The notes beneath the pieces are model-generated. The model searched no databases. It was not told the DNA's origin and saw only the letters and a list, made by a program, of their open reading frames with translations. A stretch of DNA of 64,000 nt from Schizochytrium sp. TIO01 (lineage: Eukaryota > Protista > Bigyra: Labyrinthulomycetes), in NCBI GenBank assembly GCA_004764695.1, contig SMSO01000032.1:7844483-7908482 (forward strand), written 5' to 3'. Below are positions 42,769-54,848 of the stretch, piece by piece. Numbering within the stretch: position 1 is the first letter of the stretch; the number at the start of each line of letters is the position of its first letter. Both the position numbers and the translations under genes were made by a program.

Positions 42769-44644
42769 TGCGCTCTTTGGGTCCTTCACGCTTGAGGCGA
42801 TGTGTTGATACTTGTCTGCGAGCAGCACAGCGATCGATTGATTAGCGATTCTTCGCTCTCAGATATTTTTTCTTTATTTCTTGGCAACGTTCAGGACAGA
42901 TCGACACAGCTAACAGTTAAATACAGCTGGATGCGTTTGACCCTGATGTTTCAATCACCACAAGCCCATTTATAGGGTCATTGGCCTCATGTATACTTCG
43001 CGTGCTTAAAGTAATGACGGAGATAGAAAAAGTCAACTAGGGGCTGTTTATAATAGCGATATGACTATACTAATATATATTTTGATTTTCTGTGAATTTA
43101 TTCAAGTTAACATCGGGATAGTACTACAATTTTTCAAGTCAAGCCAACGCTTGCTTTTGTTTTCCTGCAAATCTTCACAGTATAAACACTATTGTGGGAT
43201 ATTACCTTGGCTAAACAATGAAAAGCGGATGCTATTCCTCAACGGAATGCAAATGAACATTTTGTGAGAGCGCCAAACTAGTATAAAGCATCACTTTAAC
43301 TTCTCTTCGTGTTTCTTGAGAAAATTTAACTTGAGTAGTACACGGTGTTAGTTCACGAACCAATAGACCAAACACTGTGTTACACCTAAGATACTCATTC
43401 TAAGAGGGTTTCTATCTAAAATAAGATCTTTATATAGAAAGCCTCAACTTGAGTGACGTAGTCTTCGTTTGGATGTAAACTTTTTATTTAAATACAACAG
43501 TAGAAAATTTACTCATTGCTTTTGTAAATGTGTTGCTACAATAAACCCTGATTAATTTAGTCTTTCACCTGTTTCTTTCGTATTAACGCTTTTAGCCTTT
43601 GAGAATGGACAATCGGTGTAATGATCGTCATCGTGCACGATAATAGATTCTAAGCTTTTTATCTGGTGGTAGAAATAGTAGGCGCTGCTAGTACTACGCC
43701 CTTATGCTATTCTGAATTTCTGCTATTAAGAGTACCTATTTACTACTAGTCTATTTCCTTCATATTGATGTTATTGTGAATGGGAGTCTTGCATTGCCGG
43801 CTCCATAAATGCGATATTCAACAAGTGGAGAAAATGGAGTCAATAGCGGCGAAGAGTAAAGTAAAGCAATGCAGACTTGGGTAAAAGGCAATGGATTTCA
43901 ACATTAGGTATGTCCGAATGCCATGACGATATATGAAAGAATGTTCAAGCACGTACAACTTGTGAATGCGTTAAGGATGGCAGAATGAGGTGCTATAGAA
44001 AGAAACTTGAACATCATCATTTGAACTACTATTGCTACTGGTTTCTAGTAGCATCCCTAATCATCGTCAAATCAATCATCCGATGAGAAAGAAGGTGATT
44101 CTGTCTGTCTCCTAGTGGTTACAAGTCCATTCCATTCCTCTTCGCTCCAGCTGCCAGAGGAGCGAGGCAAAGTCTGCCTGGCTGGGCAGACATCATTCCT
44201 GTGAGCTTGGCGCCTGGACCCTAAGCGCCAGACTTTCACAAGCTCAAAGTAGATCTTAGAGCGCGGATTCTTTTCTGATTTGGCTGAGATCTGAGCGTCG
44301 TCCACCTCTTCCCGGCTATTGCTGCTACCTCGTTTTCAATCCAACTAAACATACTTACGTGGGTAGAGTTATTCACTGGCACTGTTCTTTGATTGCTCTT
44401 CTTAAAATTAGAGCTGTCTCTAAACAGTATATATCAAATCGCTCCGTCTCATATAGATTCTATCCTCATTTTAATTTGTGGTGTCGATCAGAATCCTTTC
44501 TCGCTCGCCAATTCTTCCATTGTTGAACCAGTCGCGAATCAATCGTCACTGCGCCTTTGTTGCCAAGCATCTACGCAGTTCTTCTGGGCAAGCTGGCCTT
44601 TGGTTACACCGTATCGCATCGTATCGTGTAGCAATTTTCTCAGC

Positions 44645-46627
44645 ATGATCGGCGGCCGCGGAGGTGCCGGTGGGTTGACTGCGCGCCCTTTCGCGAGTAG
44701 ACCGTCTAGGAAAGCGGACATTGAGGCGGCCAGTAGTAGTGATAGCAGCAGTGAAGATGAAGATGTTTCGAAGAAGAAGTCTGGCGGCTCTGGCAGCAGT
44801 GGCAGTGTAGGCCGCGCTCCCTTTGTCCACCTCTTCATTTGGGCTCTCTGCGCAGGCCTCATTTACCAAATTGGGATGCACCGTAGAAGACGCAGTAGTA
44901 TCATGGGTGCTGGCGTTATTCCGCAGGCGAGTAGTAGCAGTGGATTTGTGGGAAGCCCTATGGGGGACAGTGACAAGGCAGGCGTGAATGCGGATGTGTG
45001 GACTGAGCATGACGCCCTTGTGACGAGCGATGAGCTGCGTACACCACAACCGTGGCAGCTGAGGGCCCATGATTCTGTACGCCGTAGTCTCAGTACCGAG
45101 CAGCGAACGATGCATACAAGTGTGTGTCGTAAACCTTTCATCCCCGTACAAGTAGACAACCCGTTTCAATCTGAAAATCAATTTGGATTCGTGAAAAGAT
45201 CATATGTTTGTCTTCGTTTTGACAAAGGTCGCTGCCGTGGCCAAGCTATGGAGGATCTTTGGAATCGGCGGTACTACAAGAAGTATGACGTTTTCGAAGC
45301 TAGTTTTTTCATGACTGATACTACTGCACTTAATAGACTCAAGCGCGATGACAAGGATAACTTCGACAAAATTATGTGGCAAAGTGAAGGTGAAAACTAC
45401 ATCAGTGCTCTTGACGGTGGTGATGCGATTAGTGGTAACAAGGCCAAGCAGTTGGAGGTTAAGCGCAACTTTACAGAGCAGTTTGGCTGTGATTACAACT
45501 CTTTGCGTCTTCAGCCTGCACAGTACACGATGCACAAACCCAAGGAATGCCGCGCTTTCTTCGCTTACGCAGAGTCTAGGCCCAAGCAGATGTGGATTAA
45601 GAAACCTATTCTTGGTCAAGGTGGTGTTGGTATTAGTTTGCACCAGGATCACACAGAGTTCGCGGACCTGCGTGCTTGCAAAAAAGCCAAGGCTGGTGAG
45701 GACAACAAGTACATCATCCAGGATTACATTAAGAAGCCACTTCTTATCAGTGGGCGTAAATTCGATATTCGCGTATACATGCTTATCGCTTCAGCCATGC
45801 CCTACATTGTGTTTTATCACCCTGGTTACCTTCGCCGCTCAATCACAAGTTATTCTGCTGGAAGCACCAACCGTACAAACTTTTTGACTAACACTCACTT
45901 TCAGTCACTCGTGGAAAATTTTGAGCTCAAGGATCACATTTGGGGTTTCCCGCGCTTTCAGAAATATCTTTCGGATCACAATGTAGCTGGCTCGCAGTAC
46001 ATTTCTACTGTATTGAACTCTGCTATCAAGAAAGGTCTTCTCTTCAATTTTATGAGTGCCCGTGATGAGCTTGTACGTCGTCGCGGGTCATATCACTTGT
46101 TTGGTCTCGATTTTATGATCGATGAAGAATTGCGCGTACACTTCATTGAGGCCAACGGATATCCTGGTTTTACTTGGAGTAACGATTTCCCAACCCGTAC
46201 GCTTGTGACCCAAATGTTTGATATGCTGATCGAATTGCATGAATCGGGCTCGGCGTTCCAGCGTATGACTCAGGGTGATATGTATGGTGGATTTGAGTGT
46301 ATCTATAATGAGCTTGAGGATGATTGCGATGAAAAAATGTATAACCCATGCTATGATTTTGCACACTTTAATGCGGTGCCCATGAAAAAGGCTGCCGAAG
46401 CCATTTCGCAAATTCACGATACTGGACGTCGTACGCGTTATCAGGCTAACCAAAAGGTTAAGGCTGACGCCCGTCGTGCACAAGAGATTTGCAAAACACA
46501 AAATCTTAATATTGAGTCAGCAGAATGCTCGGCATTGATGAAATCTGAACGCCGGCGCAAGTTTGCTGTTACGTTTAAGGAAATCACAGAGTGGGAGCTT
46601 ATCAACACCTTTACAGCAGGTATGTAA
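44645..46627 (+). CDS. Tubulin-tyrosine-ligase (TTL/TTLL)-family ATP-grasp ligase with N-terminal TM segment
   Basis: Motifs WIKKP, GQGGVGI, IIQDYIKKPLLISGRKFDIRVY, FLTN, LFGLDFMID and FIEANGYP. First ATG at 44645. Confidence 0.88.
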   Translation: MIGGRGGAGGLTARPFASRPSRKADIEAASSSDSSSEDEDVSKKKSGGSGSSGSVGRAPFVHLFIWALCAGLIYQIGMHRRRRSSIMGAGVIPQASSSSGFVGSPMGDSDKAGVNADVWTEHDALVTSDELRTPQPWQLRAHDSVRRSLSTEQRTMHTSVCRKPFIPVQVDNPFQSENQFGFVKRSYVCLRFDKGRCRGQAMEDLWNRRYYKKYDVFEASFFMTDTTALNRLKRDDKDNFDKIMWQSEGENYISALDGGDAISGNKAKQLEVKRNFTEQFGCDYNSLRLQPAQYTMHKPKECRAFFAYAESRPKQMWIKKPILGQGGVGISLHQDHTEFADLRACKKAKAGEDNKYIIQDYIKKPLLISGRKFDIRVYMLIASAMPYIVFYHPGYLRRSITSYSAGSTNRTNFLTNTHFQSLVENFELKDHIWGFPRFQKYLSDHNVAGSQYISTVLNSAIKKGLLFNFMSARDELVRRRGSYHLFGLDFMIDEELRVHFIEANGYPGFTWSNDFPTRTLVTQMFDMLIELHESGSAFQRMTQGDMYGGFECIYNELEDDCDEKMYNPCYDFAHFNAVPMKKAAEAISQIHDTGRRTRYQANQKVKADARRAQEICKTQNLNIESAECSALMKSERRRKFAVTFKEITEWELINTFTAGM

Positions 46628-48253
46628 CACTCTTTCTTTTTTATTTCTCAATTTGTTATCACCCTATGCGCCTCGAGTCAAAGGGCTTCTTCAGATTCAT
46701 TTTGGGCGCGCACTCTCTTGTTTCTTCTTATACTGAAACAACGCCCTAGTACCCACAAAACAAACAACCAGAACCAGACTATTTATGGTTTGATTTTTGG
46801 CATGTCAAACGTATGTCCGTATGGACCATCATGCATATCTAGCTGCAAATAAACAACTTATATGGAACTGCTTATTAGCAATGACCCTTCCTTTACATTG
46901 TGTTTTAAAAGGTTTGGTGATTTTCCCCTCTTTCTTTTCATACCCCAGCACTCGATTCACCAAATATCTCTATGGTATAAATGAAGTTTTCATTTGGGGC
47001 AACATGCTCTCTCTGTCCAATGACCTCCTGTGCTGAGTGAAGTCATGGTAGTACGAGTACTAGAGAAGACATGTGGGTTTCTCAGATGTTACGAATTGAG
47101 TTCTAATCAAAGTTGAAGTAAAAATCTGATAAGAGTAGCTTTGACTCCTGAGAGTGGTCTTGTGCTCCATGTCGCCCACTCACTTTCGCCAAAGTGCATA
47201 GTAGTACAAGGTATCTAGGCCTACGTTGAAAGAGAGGAAGTCTAAGCCATTCAAATTCTTACATCTTGCAAGCTGAGATCTGAGTGACATGGCTTAAAAT
47301 CTCATTGAGTGGAGTCACTATCTATCAAAAAATTCATCGTTATTCCGCACATATCGTGACAATGCGATAGAACAAGGATATACTCGATCACTTTACGTAG
47401 AGAGAGCTGACAAGTCCGGCGTTTAACGTAAGCGATGCAATGGAGCGCTGCGGCAACATGGCTTAAGAGCACAGGCGAAGGAGTTTAGTGAAGCGCCACG
47501 CGACAACTCGTGCCTCTCAGAAACCTGCTTCTCCTCTCCACACTGGGCTCATGAGAGGCAGTGTAGCCTCCTCTACTCGCAGCAACTGCGGGTGTTGTCT
47601 GCGTATAAGTGAACTACTCCGCAAATAGCTCCATTGTAGACCGAGATTCTCTACTGTGTCAACAGGAATAACTCACTATTTTAGAAATGAAAAAAGTCAC
47701 TCAATGGCCCCACTCGCGTACCCCTGGTATTTTATATACCATATTTATATACAATAGGTACTAGAAAACAAAGAGACGACCCACTTTGAAGGACGCCTAA
47801 GAACTTCAACTATGGCAGACCTGAAAGGGAAAGCAAATCCAGAAACGGGGCCTCAAAAGCCACGAGTAGGCCCAACAAGCAAACCACTCGCAGGGAAAAG
47901 TCTTCCTGCCGTCTGGGTTGATTGGTCGTAGCTGAGTCGCTGGGGCAAGGAAGAAACCGACGAGGTCCCGAAACAATAGGAGAATTGAGCTGTCAGATAA
48001 ACGATTTACTCTTCTTAGCTTCGATTGAGCTTCGTCTCCTGCGAAAGAAGACGCATCGGATTGGCAACACTGCTCGGAAGGAACCAGTGCACAGCATACT
48101 GCGTATCTCCCGTAGATTTGTAGGCGAGAGTGGTGAGCGTCTTTGCGTGGAATTAAGAAAACGACATCGCTAAGAGTTAGGTTGAGGACCCCTAAGAAGT
48201 CGGTCGCCTTTTAAATAGTTCTACACGTTGTGTCCCACTGTCAGCTAACTAGC

Positions 48254-48544
48254 ATGTGCCCTCTTAGATATATTGTATTCGCCGTGAGTGCAATTGTTGC
48301 TCTGATTGTGCTCTTCTGGGGTCAATCCTCGCCTGAAAAGCTGGAGAATGCTAAACTTTCGAATGACAATGACGACTCAAAGGAGAAACTCTTGAATGAG
48401 GGCAGCAACGAGACATCATCATCATCGAAAGATATCTCCTCAGGGAAACTACAAAACGAAAGTAAGCGGTCAACACGCCCGATTGATTTCTTTACTGGAC
48501 GCTACCTCTATGATAAATACCGTGAATACAGAGGTATCATTTGA
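48254..48544 (+). CDS. Small 'MCPLR...GRYL' single-pass membrane protein
   Basis: 96 aa. N-terminal MCPLRYIVFAVSAIVAL and C-terminal DFFTGRYLY recall the plant MCPLR...DMASGRYLW small-protein family (from memory). Confidence 0.75.
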   Translation: MCPLRYIVFAVSAIVALIVLFWGQSSPEKLENAKLSNDNDDSKEKLLNEGSNETSSSSKDISSGKLQNESKRSTRPIDFFTGRYLYDKYREYRGII

Positions 48545-49168
48545 TTTTGGAGACAATTCTTCACTTTAAAAATCATTTTATGGGGAGATAAATCTTAGTC
48601 TTCTGGGCCACAAGTCATGTGGTTGTGTATCATATTAAGATCAAATCAAATGAGCCTTGCGCAGCATCAACAACTTAATCACCACGAGCATACTTCTTCA
48701 ACAATTTAAAGTTCAAACAAATAAATGAGTAAATTTAAAAAAGCAAAAAAACCTGCTTCATCTCTCTTCTATCGAGAAGCGTTCAACTGATATCTTGCGT
48801 GCCTGAAGAATTAAAGTTCCAACGTTAACCTTTGATATAAAATAAATAATAGAAACCACACTTCGAATTTGTATCATTTCTACTTAAAGCAGTACCACCG
48901 TTTTTATTTTTCCTTGCTAATAAAAAATACACTGGTACACCGATGCAAAGCCTCTCCTGAGAAAACAAGCATCAATCATCCAGGATAATAGAAAACAGAG
49001 TACAAAAAAAAACATATTGTTGAGAATTTTAAGAACAAAGAACGGGTGCTTGACTAAAAACAACACTTCAAGAGTGAACGTGTAGACAAAATATATCAAG
49101 ATAAAGGAAGAGGCAAATGAATAAGAGGTGGCATTCAAAGGGAAACACAAGAACACAATTAAAAGCAA

Positions 49169-51013
49169 TCAATTCGAATACTTGCCCTCAGCCCCGTCAT
49201 CATCAACGTCATCGAGATCCTGAGTAGCGAGGCGGAACCCATTCAAACCAGAATGGCGTCTAGAAGAATTGAGAACATTGCGGAACTTACGGATTACGCC
49301 ACGCAGACGCATTTCAGGTGGATCCCATGCATCAGCAGAGATGTCGGCCATATATTTATGGCCAGAAGAATCTCGCTCCTGGCGGCAGACGTAAGGAATT
49401 ACGGAATTGTAATGGTTATTGCCATGAAATGAAAGTCGAATAGGAATATAAGGTCCCATTTCCCTATCTGAGGGCAAGTCACCATCAAAATGTAACTTCA
49501 GAGGCTCCGTATTTGAACCAAGTCCAGTGGCTGTGTAAATCTCTATGGGGCGGTCATAGAGCTCCTCCATAGCGCGGATCTCAGGATCGTCTCCCCACAC
49601 CTTGAGTTGACGTTTATTCTCTACATATTGGTCAAACTGATCTGAGCCTAGGAGTGGAGCAAACCTGTTACGATTCTTCTCCAAGTAGTCACAACAGTCT
49701 GATCGTACGATGTCGTGGCGCTCAGGATCACCGTACACTTGGTGTGCAACGGCACGAAAGAGGCAGTTGCCATCGGGCTCAACAGGAAAAACTGTGAGTT
49801 TACGATCCTTTTGGAGATTTCTCTCAAAAACACCATCCAAGCCAGCATTACTCTCGAGGCCGCTTTCGGTATGGCTGGCAAACGGCGCAAGACGGTCGGC
49901 TTGCTCAAGGACATGGAACCACTCATCGTAAAAGTTGGACCACCCCACAAACGTGACACGAATAAAATATTGACCAGAGGTAGCCACCACCTGGCATTTT
50001 CGCCAACGTTTAATTGTCCTTTTGCCATTCTTGCTTAAAAAACGATCCTCAACGTCCAAGACATCCCCCACTTGATATGAGTGGTGGACTAGATGAGGAG
50101 AGGACATTGTCTCATAGGCAGAAAAGGAGCTGGAATCGTCAATGTCTATCTGACCTGTTTCGGAGTAAGCATTTGGCTGAGAGTCCGTGTCTAGAAATCG
50201 CACACTAACCTTGCCATCATCAGTAGTATTAAGAACCGCTGCGGGACGCCAGCGCCATCCTGTCTGCGGCACACGATCGTCCTTCCCCGCATCTCGACGA
50301 TGAGGAGATTTCGGAGCAGGTGCTGCTAGTGGAACACTCTTATCCAAGACATCAATAAATTGCACCATCCCACCATCGGTTGCGAGATGATCGGGAGATT
50401 CTGGGTACATAGCAGCCATATCGTTATCGTCAAGCGTGAGACCAACTAGGTGTGGATGGGAGTTTGCCTGCGATCGTACCATAGGCACGGCCATAGGTGT
50501 TCGAAGCCTGCCAGATGCTCCAGAGCCAGCGTCTGGCACGGCTCTAGCTACAGCTACAACCTCACCAGTATCAGCATCGTCCAAAGCTTCTGACTGAATT
50601 TCTACACCAGTCTGAGACCGAGATGATCTTGGCCGAGCACGTGCTTTTGCACGCGCTTCCTCCATTAGCTCAGCTTCTCGTTCTGCCTTTGCTCGCATAG
50701 CACCTTGTCGTTGAACAAGCTCTGGACTCAACTCCCGGTCGGGCTCGCGTGAAGCGGTGTGAGCCGTCTGGGCAACTGGGATCAAACCCGGAGTCGTTGG
50801 GTTTGCTGTGTGCTGACCTCGCATCGCAAGGCGAGATTTGATGGATTTCCTCGAGATTGGGAGCACTTGTCTTTGATTTTCGTACGTAATTGCAACAAAG
50901 ACTCCGCCTTTGCTATCCACGGATTCCACAACGCCGGGATACCAAACCTTATTCGCTAAGACATCTACAGGGTCGCCCTTTTGAATGCGCTGCGCGGCTT
51001 GACTGTTGCCCAT
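49169..51013 (-). CDS. OTU-family deubiquitinase (OTUD5-like catalytic domain) with Tudor/Agenet-like N-terminal domains
   Basis: Motifs DGNCLFRAVAHQVYGD, WGDDPEIRAM and RLSFHGNNHYNS; Tudor-like GDPVDV...WYPGVV and VGDVLDV...WRKCQV...VTFVGWSNFYDEW. Confidence 0.9.
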   Translation of the reverse strand: MGNSQAAQRIQKGDPVDVLANKVWYPGVVESVDSKGGVFVAITYENQRQVLPISRKSIKSRLAMRGQHTANPTTPGLIPVAQTAHTASREPDRELSPELVQRQGAMRAKAEREAELMEEARAKARARPRSSRSQTGVEIQSEALDDADTGEVVAVARAVPDAGSGASGRLRTPMAVPMVRSQANSHPHLVGLTLDDNDMAAMYPESPDHLATDGGMVQFIDVLDKSVPLAAPAPKSPHRRDAGKDDRVPQTGWRWRPAAVLNTTDDGKVSVRFLDTDSQPNAYSETGQIDIDDSSSFSAYETMSSPHLVHHSYQVGDVLDVEDRFLSKNGKRTIKRWRKCQVVATSGQYFIRVTFVGWSNFYDEWFHVLEQADRLAPFASHTESGLESNAGLDGVFERNLQKDRKLTVFPVEPDGNCLFRAVAHQVYGDPERHDIVRSDCCDYLEKNRNRFAPLLGSDQFDQYVENKRQLKVWGDDPEIRAMEELYDRPIEIYTATGLGSNTEPLKLHFDGDLPSDREMGPYIPIRLSFHGNNHYNSVIPYVCRQERDSSGHKYMADISADAWDPPEMRLRGVIRKFRNVLNSSRRHSGLNGFRLATQDLDDVDDDGAEGKYSN

Positions 51014-52857
51014 TTTACCTCAAGGACTTTGCGCACAAAACTGACTGTTTGGATTGGTCTGTCACAATTAATGTGATCAAATGTGCTAGTTGAAGTATTG
51101 TCTCCTTGCCACAAGAAGGCTGGAATGGAGAACCTTTGCAGAAAGGACCAGAAGTCTACTCTAAAACTACACCAATGTAATGTTATGGAATGCTGCCGTG
51201 AAAACTTCGCTGGCAAAGAACTTCTTGCGATGTCCCCCTCCAAGCAAGAGCCGTGTAGAATTAGCGAGAGCAGGGTCTCCAGTAGTTTATATCACTTCGC
51301 AATTTCACGAATCGTTTGCTTTGAACAGCAGCGAGCGAGGGTTTCCTTGGAGCCCACGTAATGATCTCGTTCTCCAAGATCCTTAGGGCAGACTCTATTT
51401 CTTTGCAGACTCGTTTCGAAAAGTCTTTGAAGCAGGCCACTGAGCTCCCCCCTCAACTCGCCCCTGCTTCAGACGCCAGATTGGTCTCTGCAGAAAGCTT
51501 ACGCCGTCAAGGCGCGAGCGAGCCAGCAGCAAGGAGAGCGGGCGTGAGACGGAATTGATTTCTATTATTTTCACTTTCTTTCACTTTCATTTTGTTTTCA
51601 CTGATTTCCTCTTTCTTATCTATTTGATTCTTGTGCGTCTTCCTTTCTTCTTTTGTCTCTCTTAGATTTGCGATCAATCGGCACCTTATCAGACTCTAGC
51701 CAAGTCCTGTACTTTTTAATTTTTATTTTTTATTTTTTTTAACAAAACAGATTCGAAAGGAACAAAAGAAAGTACCTAGTTAGTATTATGTAGTGCCTAC
51801 TACCTAGGGTAAAATCACTATGCACGGTAGGAGTTGTAGTAGGTAGATATTATGCTTTAAACCTCGGTAAAAACAAGCAAAACGATCAATAGGATTACCG
51901 CGAGCACTCTGAGACACTCTGCAGGGACCTTCAAGATCAGGAAACGACTTTTGATTCATTGGGTGGTTTACTGATTGTTATATTTCACTGACGCCGATCA
52001 GTTCTTTCTCACAGATTAAAGAAGAGAGAAACTGTATAGGAAAAACCTCTTTCAATAATTGCAAAACTGCTGTACAGTAGTAACTATGTATGTAGTAGGT
52101 ATCTCTACCTACGTACTAATGACCAAGAAAATGAAAGTAAACAAAAGATTAGGGACCTACACAAATAATGCATCAACGATGACGGCCCTTGCAATGAACA
52201 ATCTCATGAAAGTTATGAGAGATATTCGTCCCGGGTCTTCCACCTTACCGTGCACTTGCCCTGTGCTATGAACTTTGGCACCTTATAATCAGGGTACACC
52301 TGATCAGCAAACCCATGCATAATATGCTATAAGATTAACTTCATGAACTCGAGCTCTTCTAAAAATAGGCGCGACTGCTAGTTTATGACTGACTGACTGG
52401 CTCATGAAGTAAAATGGACGTCCTTTGAGGCAACGAGGAGGAAGGATATGTTTTGAGGCAAAAAGCATCGAGTTACAAGCTTTTTCATTTAGCTTGGTTT
52501 AGAAAGCACATAGGTGGCTGACTACTTAGCACATAGAACTACTCGCATTAGACTAGGTAGTAGCTAAGTATACTCTGCCTACGTTCAAGTTATCACAAGA
52601 CGGGAGTAAACTGGAACACGGAGCCTGCTCGGGCAAGCACAAAGCTCGGACGATACTAGTGCATTCTGAGAGAAATTGCACCAGAGTTGTCGAGAATTGA
52701 TCACTTGGGAGAGTGTTTGGCAACGGGGACCCCTTGTGGGCATCATCACTGAATGGTCTAGAGCTCAAAGCAGTGGTTCAATCAACCACCGCCGCTGTGA
52801 AAACGGCGGAACCAAACGCAGAGGTCCGTGAACTTGAGCAGCTCTAGCCTTGTTACA

Positions 52858-54159
52858 ATGGAGACAGCAATTGTCGAGGCACTTGGCAACATACGGGCGA
52901 TCTCAAATGAGAACTTACATCGTCTTTTAAAACCTGACGCTGGGAAGAACAGCAATACTACGAATGCTTGGATTTCAGTGCTGCAGAGTCTATTACAACG
53001 GGAAACTGCTCGCTATGAGAGGTATCAATGCTTAAATAATCATCAGATGGAGTGCGAAACCTCGGACCCAGGGTACTGGGGTGTGACAAGTCAAAAGTTC
53101 GCTGATTTCCTCGTAACGCGCTCGAAGCGAAAGTCAAAGAAGCCTTCAGCAAACCAGAAACGAAGGAAGCGACGTCGAAAGCATTCACAGCTCGGAGGTT
53201 CACAAGATTCAAACTTTCAATCTCATCTTTCTCAAAATAGTCAGAGTACTTCCCAAAACGATGATGCGCTTGATAACCCTGAGGCAATTGAAGAAAAAGT
53301 TTGGGATGAGCTTGGAGATATAGCAAAGTGGAGCAGTGATCAAGAAGAACAGGTACAAAAACATCTTGAGCAGATTTTGAGTATTGGTAGCCCTGAACGA
53401 GTCAAAGTTTGTTTATCCTGCCTTAAAATTCCTGATAAACACTTTAATACTGCTGAAGATATTGGCAAAACAATATGCCCCCTTCTGGAGGCGAAAGAAT
53501 CCCGTGAAGAGAACTGCGTACGTCTGGTCGAATCCATATTGTTACCTCAGATTTCGGGCCTCACATCAGCACCACCTCGCTCTTTGCAATCTGTTATCGA
53601 GAATGCAATACGGGCCAGACCCCGTGCTATTGCTTATGGGGTTGCTTCGAAGTTCATGTTGCATATGCTTGTGGGTAAACATCAACCATCTGCTAGTGAT
53701 TTACGGTCACAGTTACAGCTTTTTAGTATGATATTGAAAGCTGTTGATAAACAAGCCCCAGAATCGATTGCACAAACTATAGACGAAGCATTGGAAGCTT
53801 CACAGGCACAACACGAAGGGCAGCTAAGTCTTGACACTGGAATTACCTCCCTGTTACAGTTGTTTGTCAATCTTCGTCCAAAGAATCTCAAGGATTCCAC
53901 TTTATCAATATTGATCAATCTTTTATGTAACCGCGCCAACAGTCTAGTTTCGCAAGGAAAACTTGCAACTAAAGACGATCTTAACAAATTCTCAACCTTG
54001 GTGTTCGCTATTGCTTCGAAACTTGGTGCCCAACTCGTCACCTGCGAGGACCTTGGCAAGTTGGAGCAAGCTATCGGCAACAAAGAGTTGAAAGGCAATA
54101 TGATCGCGCCAGCCCGCAAGCAAATCACTACTCTCGCGAATAAACACTCTCAGAAATAA
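52858..54159 (+). CDS. FANCE: FANCE-like protein (Fanconi anaemia group E C-terminal helical domain)
   Basis: LLPQISGLTSAPPRSL and KFSTLVFAIASK resemble the FANCE C-terminal repeats; basic NLS KRRKRRRK. First ATG at 52858. Confidence 0.55.
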   Translation: METAIVEALGNIRAISNENLHRLLKPDAGKNSNTTNAWISVLQSLLQRETARYERYQCLNNHQMECETSDPGYWGVTSQKFADFLVTRSKRKSKKPSANQKRRKRRRKHSQLGGSQDSNFQSHLSQNSQSTSQNDDALDNPEAIEEKVWDELGDIAKWSSDQEEQVQKHLEQILSIGSPERVKVCLSCLKIPDKHFNTAEDIGKTICPLLEAKESREENCVRLVESILLPQISGLTSAPPRSLQSVIENAIRARPRAIAYGVASKFMLHMLVGKHQPSASDLRSQLQLFSMILKAVDKQAPESIAQTIDEALEASQAQHEGQLSLDTGITSLLQLFVNLRPKNLKDSTLSILINLLCNRANSLVSQGKLATKDDLNKFSTLVFAIASKLGAQLVTCEDLGKLEQAIGNKELKGNMIAPARKQITTLANKHSQK

Positions 54160-54848
54160 TCAATGCATGTATCCTTTGCCCATTGTCCTCAAACATGTTT
54201 TGCTTCTCCTTCATCTTTAATTAATGGTGAAACTTTTTTTAATAGAAAGAATACAAATAAAAGAATAGAAAATTTACTATTGCACGTCTCTGGCCCTTTT
54301 CCATCACATTATTTGTGCTCTTCATTCTTCTTTTCCTTCTTTCGATAATATTCAGACTAGACTTCAGAGTCAGTGCCCGAAGATCTTCACTATAGTAGTT
54401 TTGATCTCTTACCATGCCAAAATCTCGTTCAAGTCCCCGCTTTTTTCTATAGGGAGGTGGTACCTCCTACTCCTATTGTTGGCGGCTTCCTCTTTTTTTT
54501 TTTTTTTAACTTTAAAATAAAATGTTTACCTTAATTGAACTTGTGCACATTTATTTAGTTGGAGCAAAACTGCATGCCTTAGCGGCCTGAAAACAAATAC
54601 CGCCGTGCAGGGGAGCTCCTTGCGTCTCTGGCGCGGGTGCTGGACTTCCGTGTATAGAGCTGCGGGCGTTAGAGGGACGTTGAACCTTCAAAGAGAAACT
54701 TCTCTGTTTGGCTTTGGCTAACGGCGACACTTTAAATCTCTGACATTCCCGAGGAGGGAAGTTTGTTCTGGTTTGTGTTGTTGATACAGTTGCGTTGCGC
54801 CAGAAAAAGGTGAGCTTGTACTACTTCAATATACATCGAGCCCAAACA

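Noticed and set aside
44393-44644. N-terminal extension of the TTL ORF (and similar TTG/GTG extensions on other ORFs)
   Set aside because: Non-ATG starts in a eukaryote; this one ends in TTTTCTCAG just before the ATG and looks like UTR or intron.
47511-47560. 9-bp inverted repeat TGCCTCTCA/TGAGAGGCA
   Set aside because: Isolated, no TSD or second copy; expected by chance in 64 kb.
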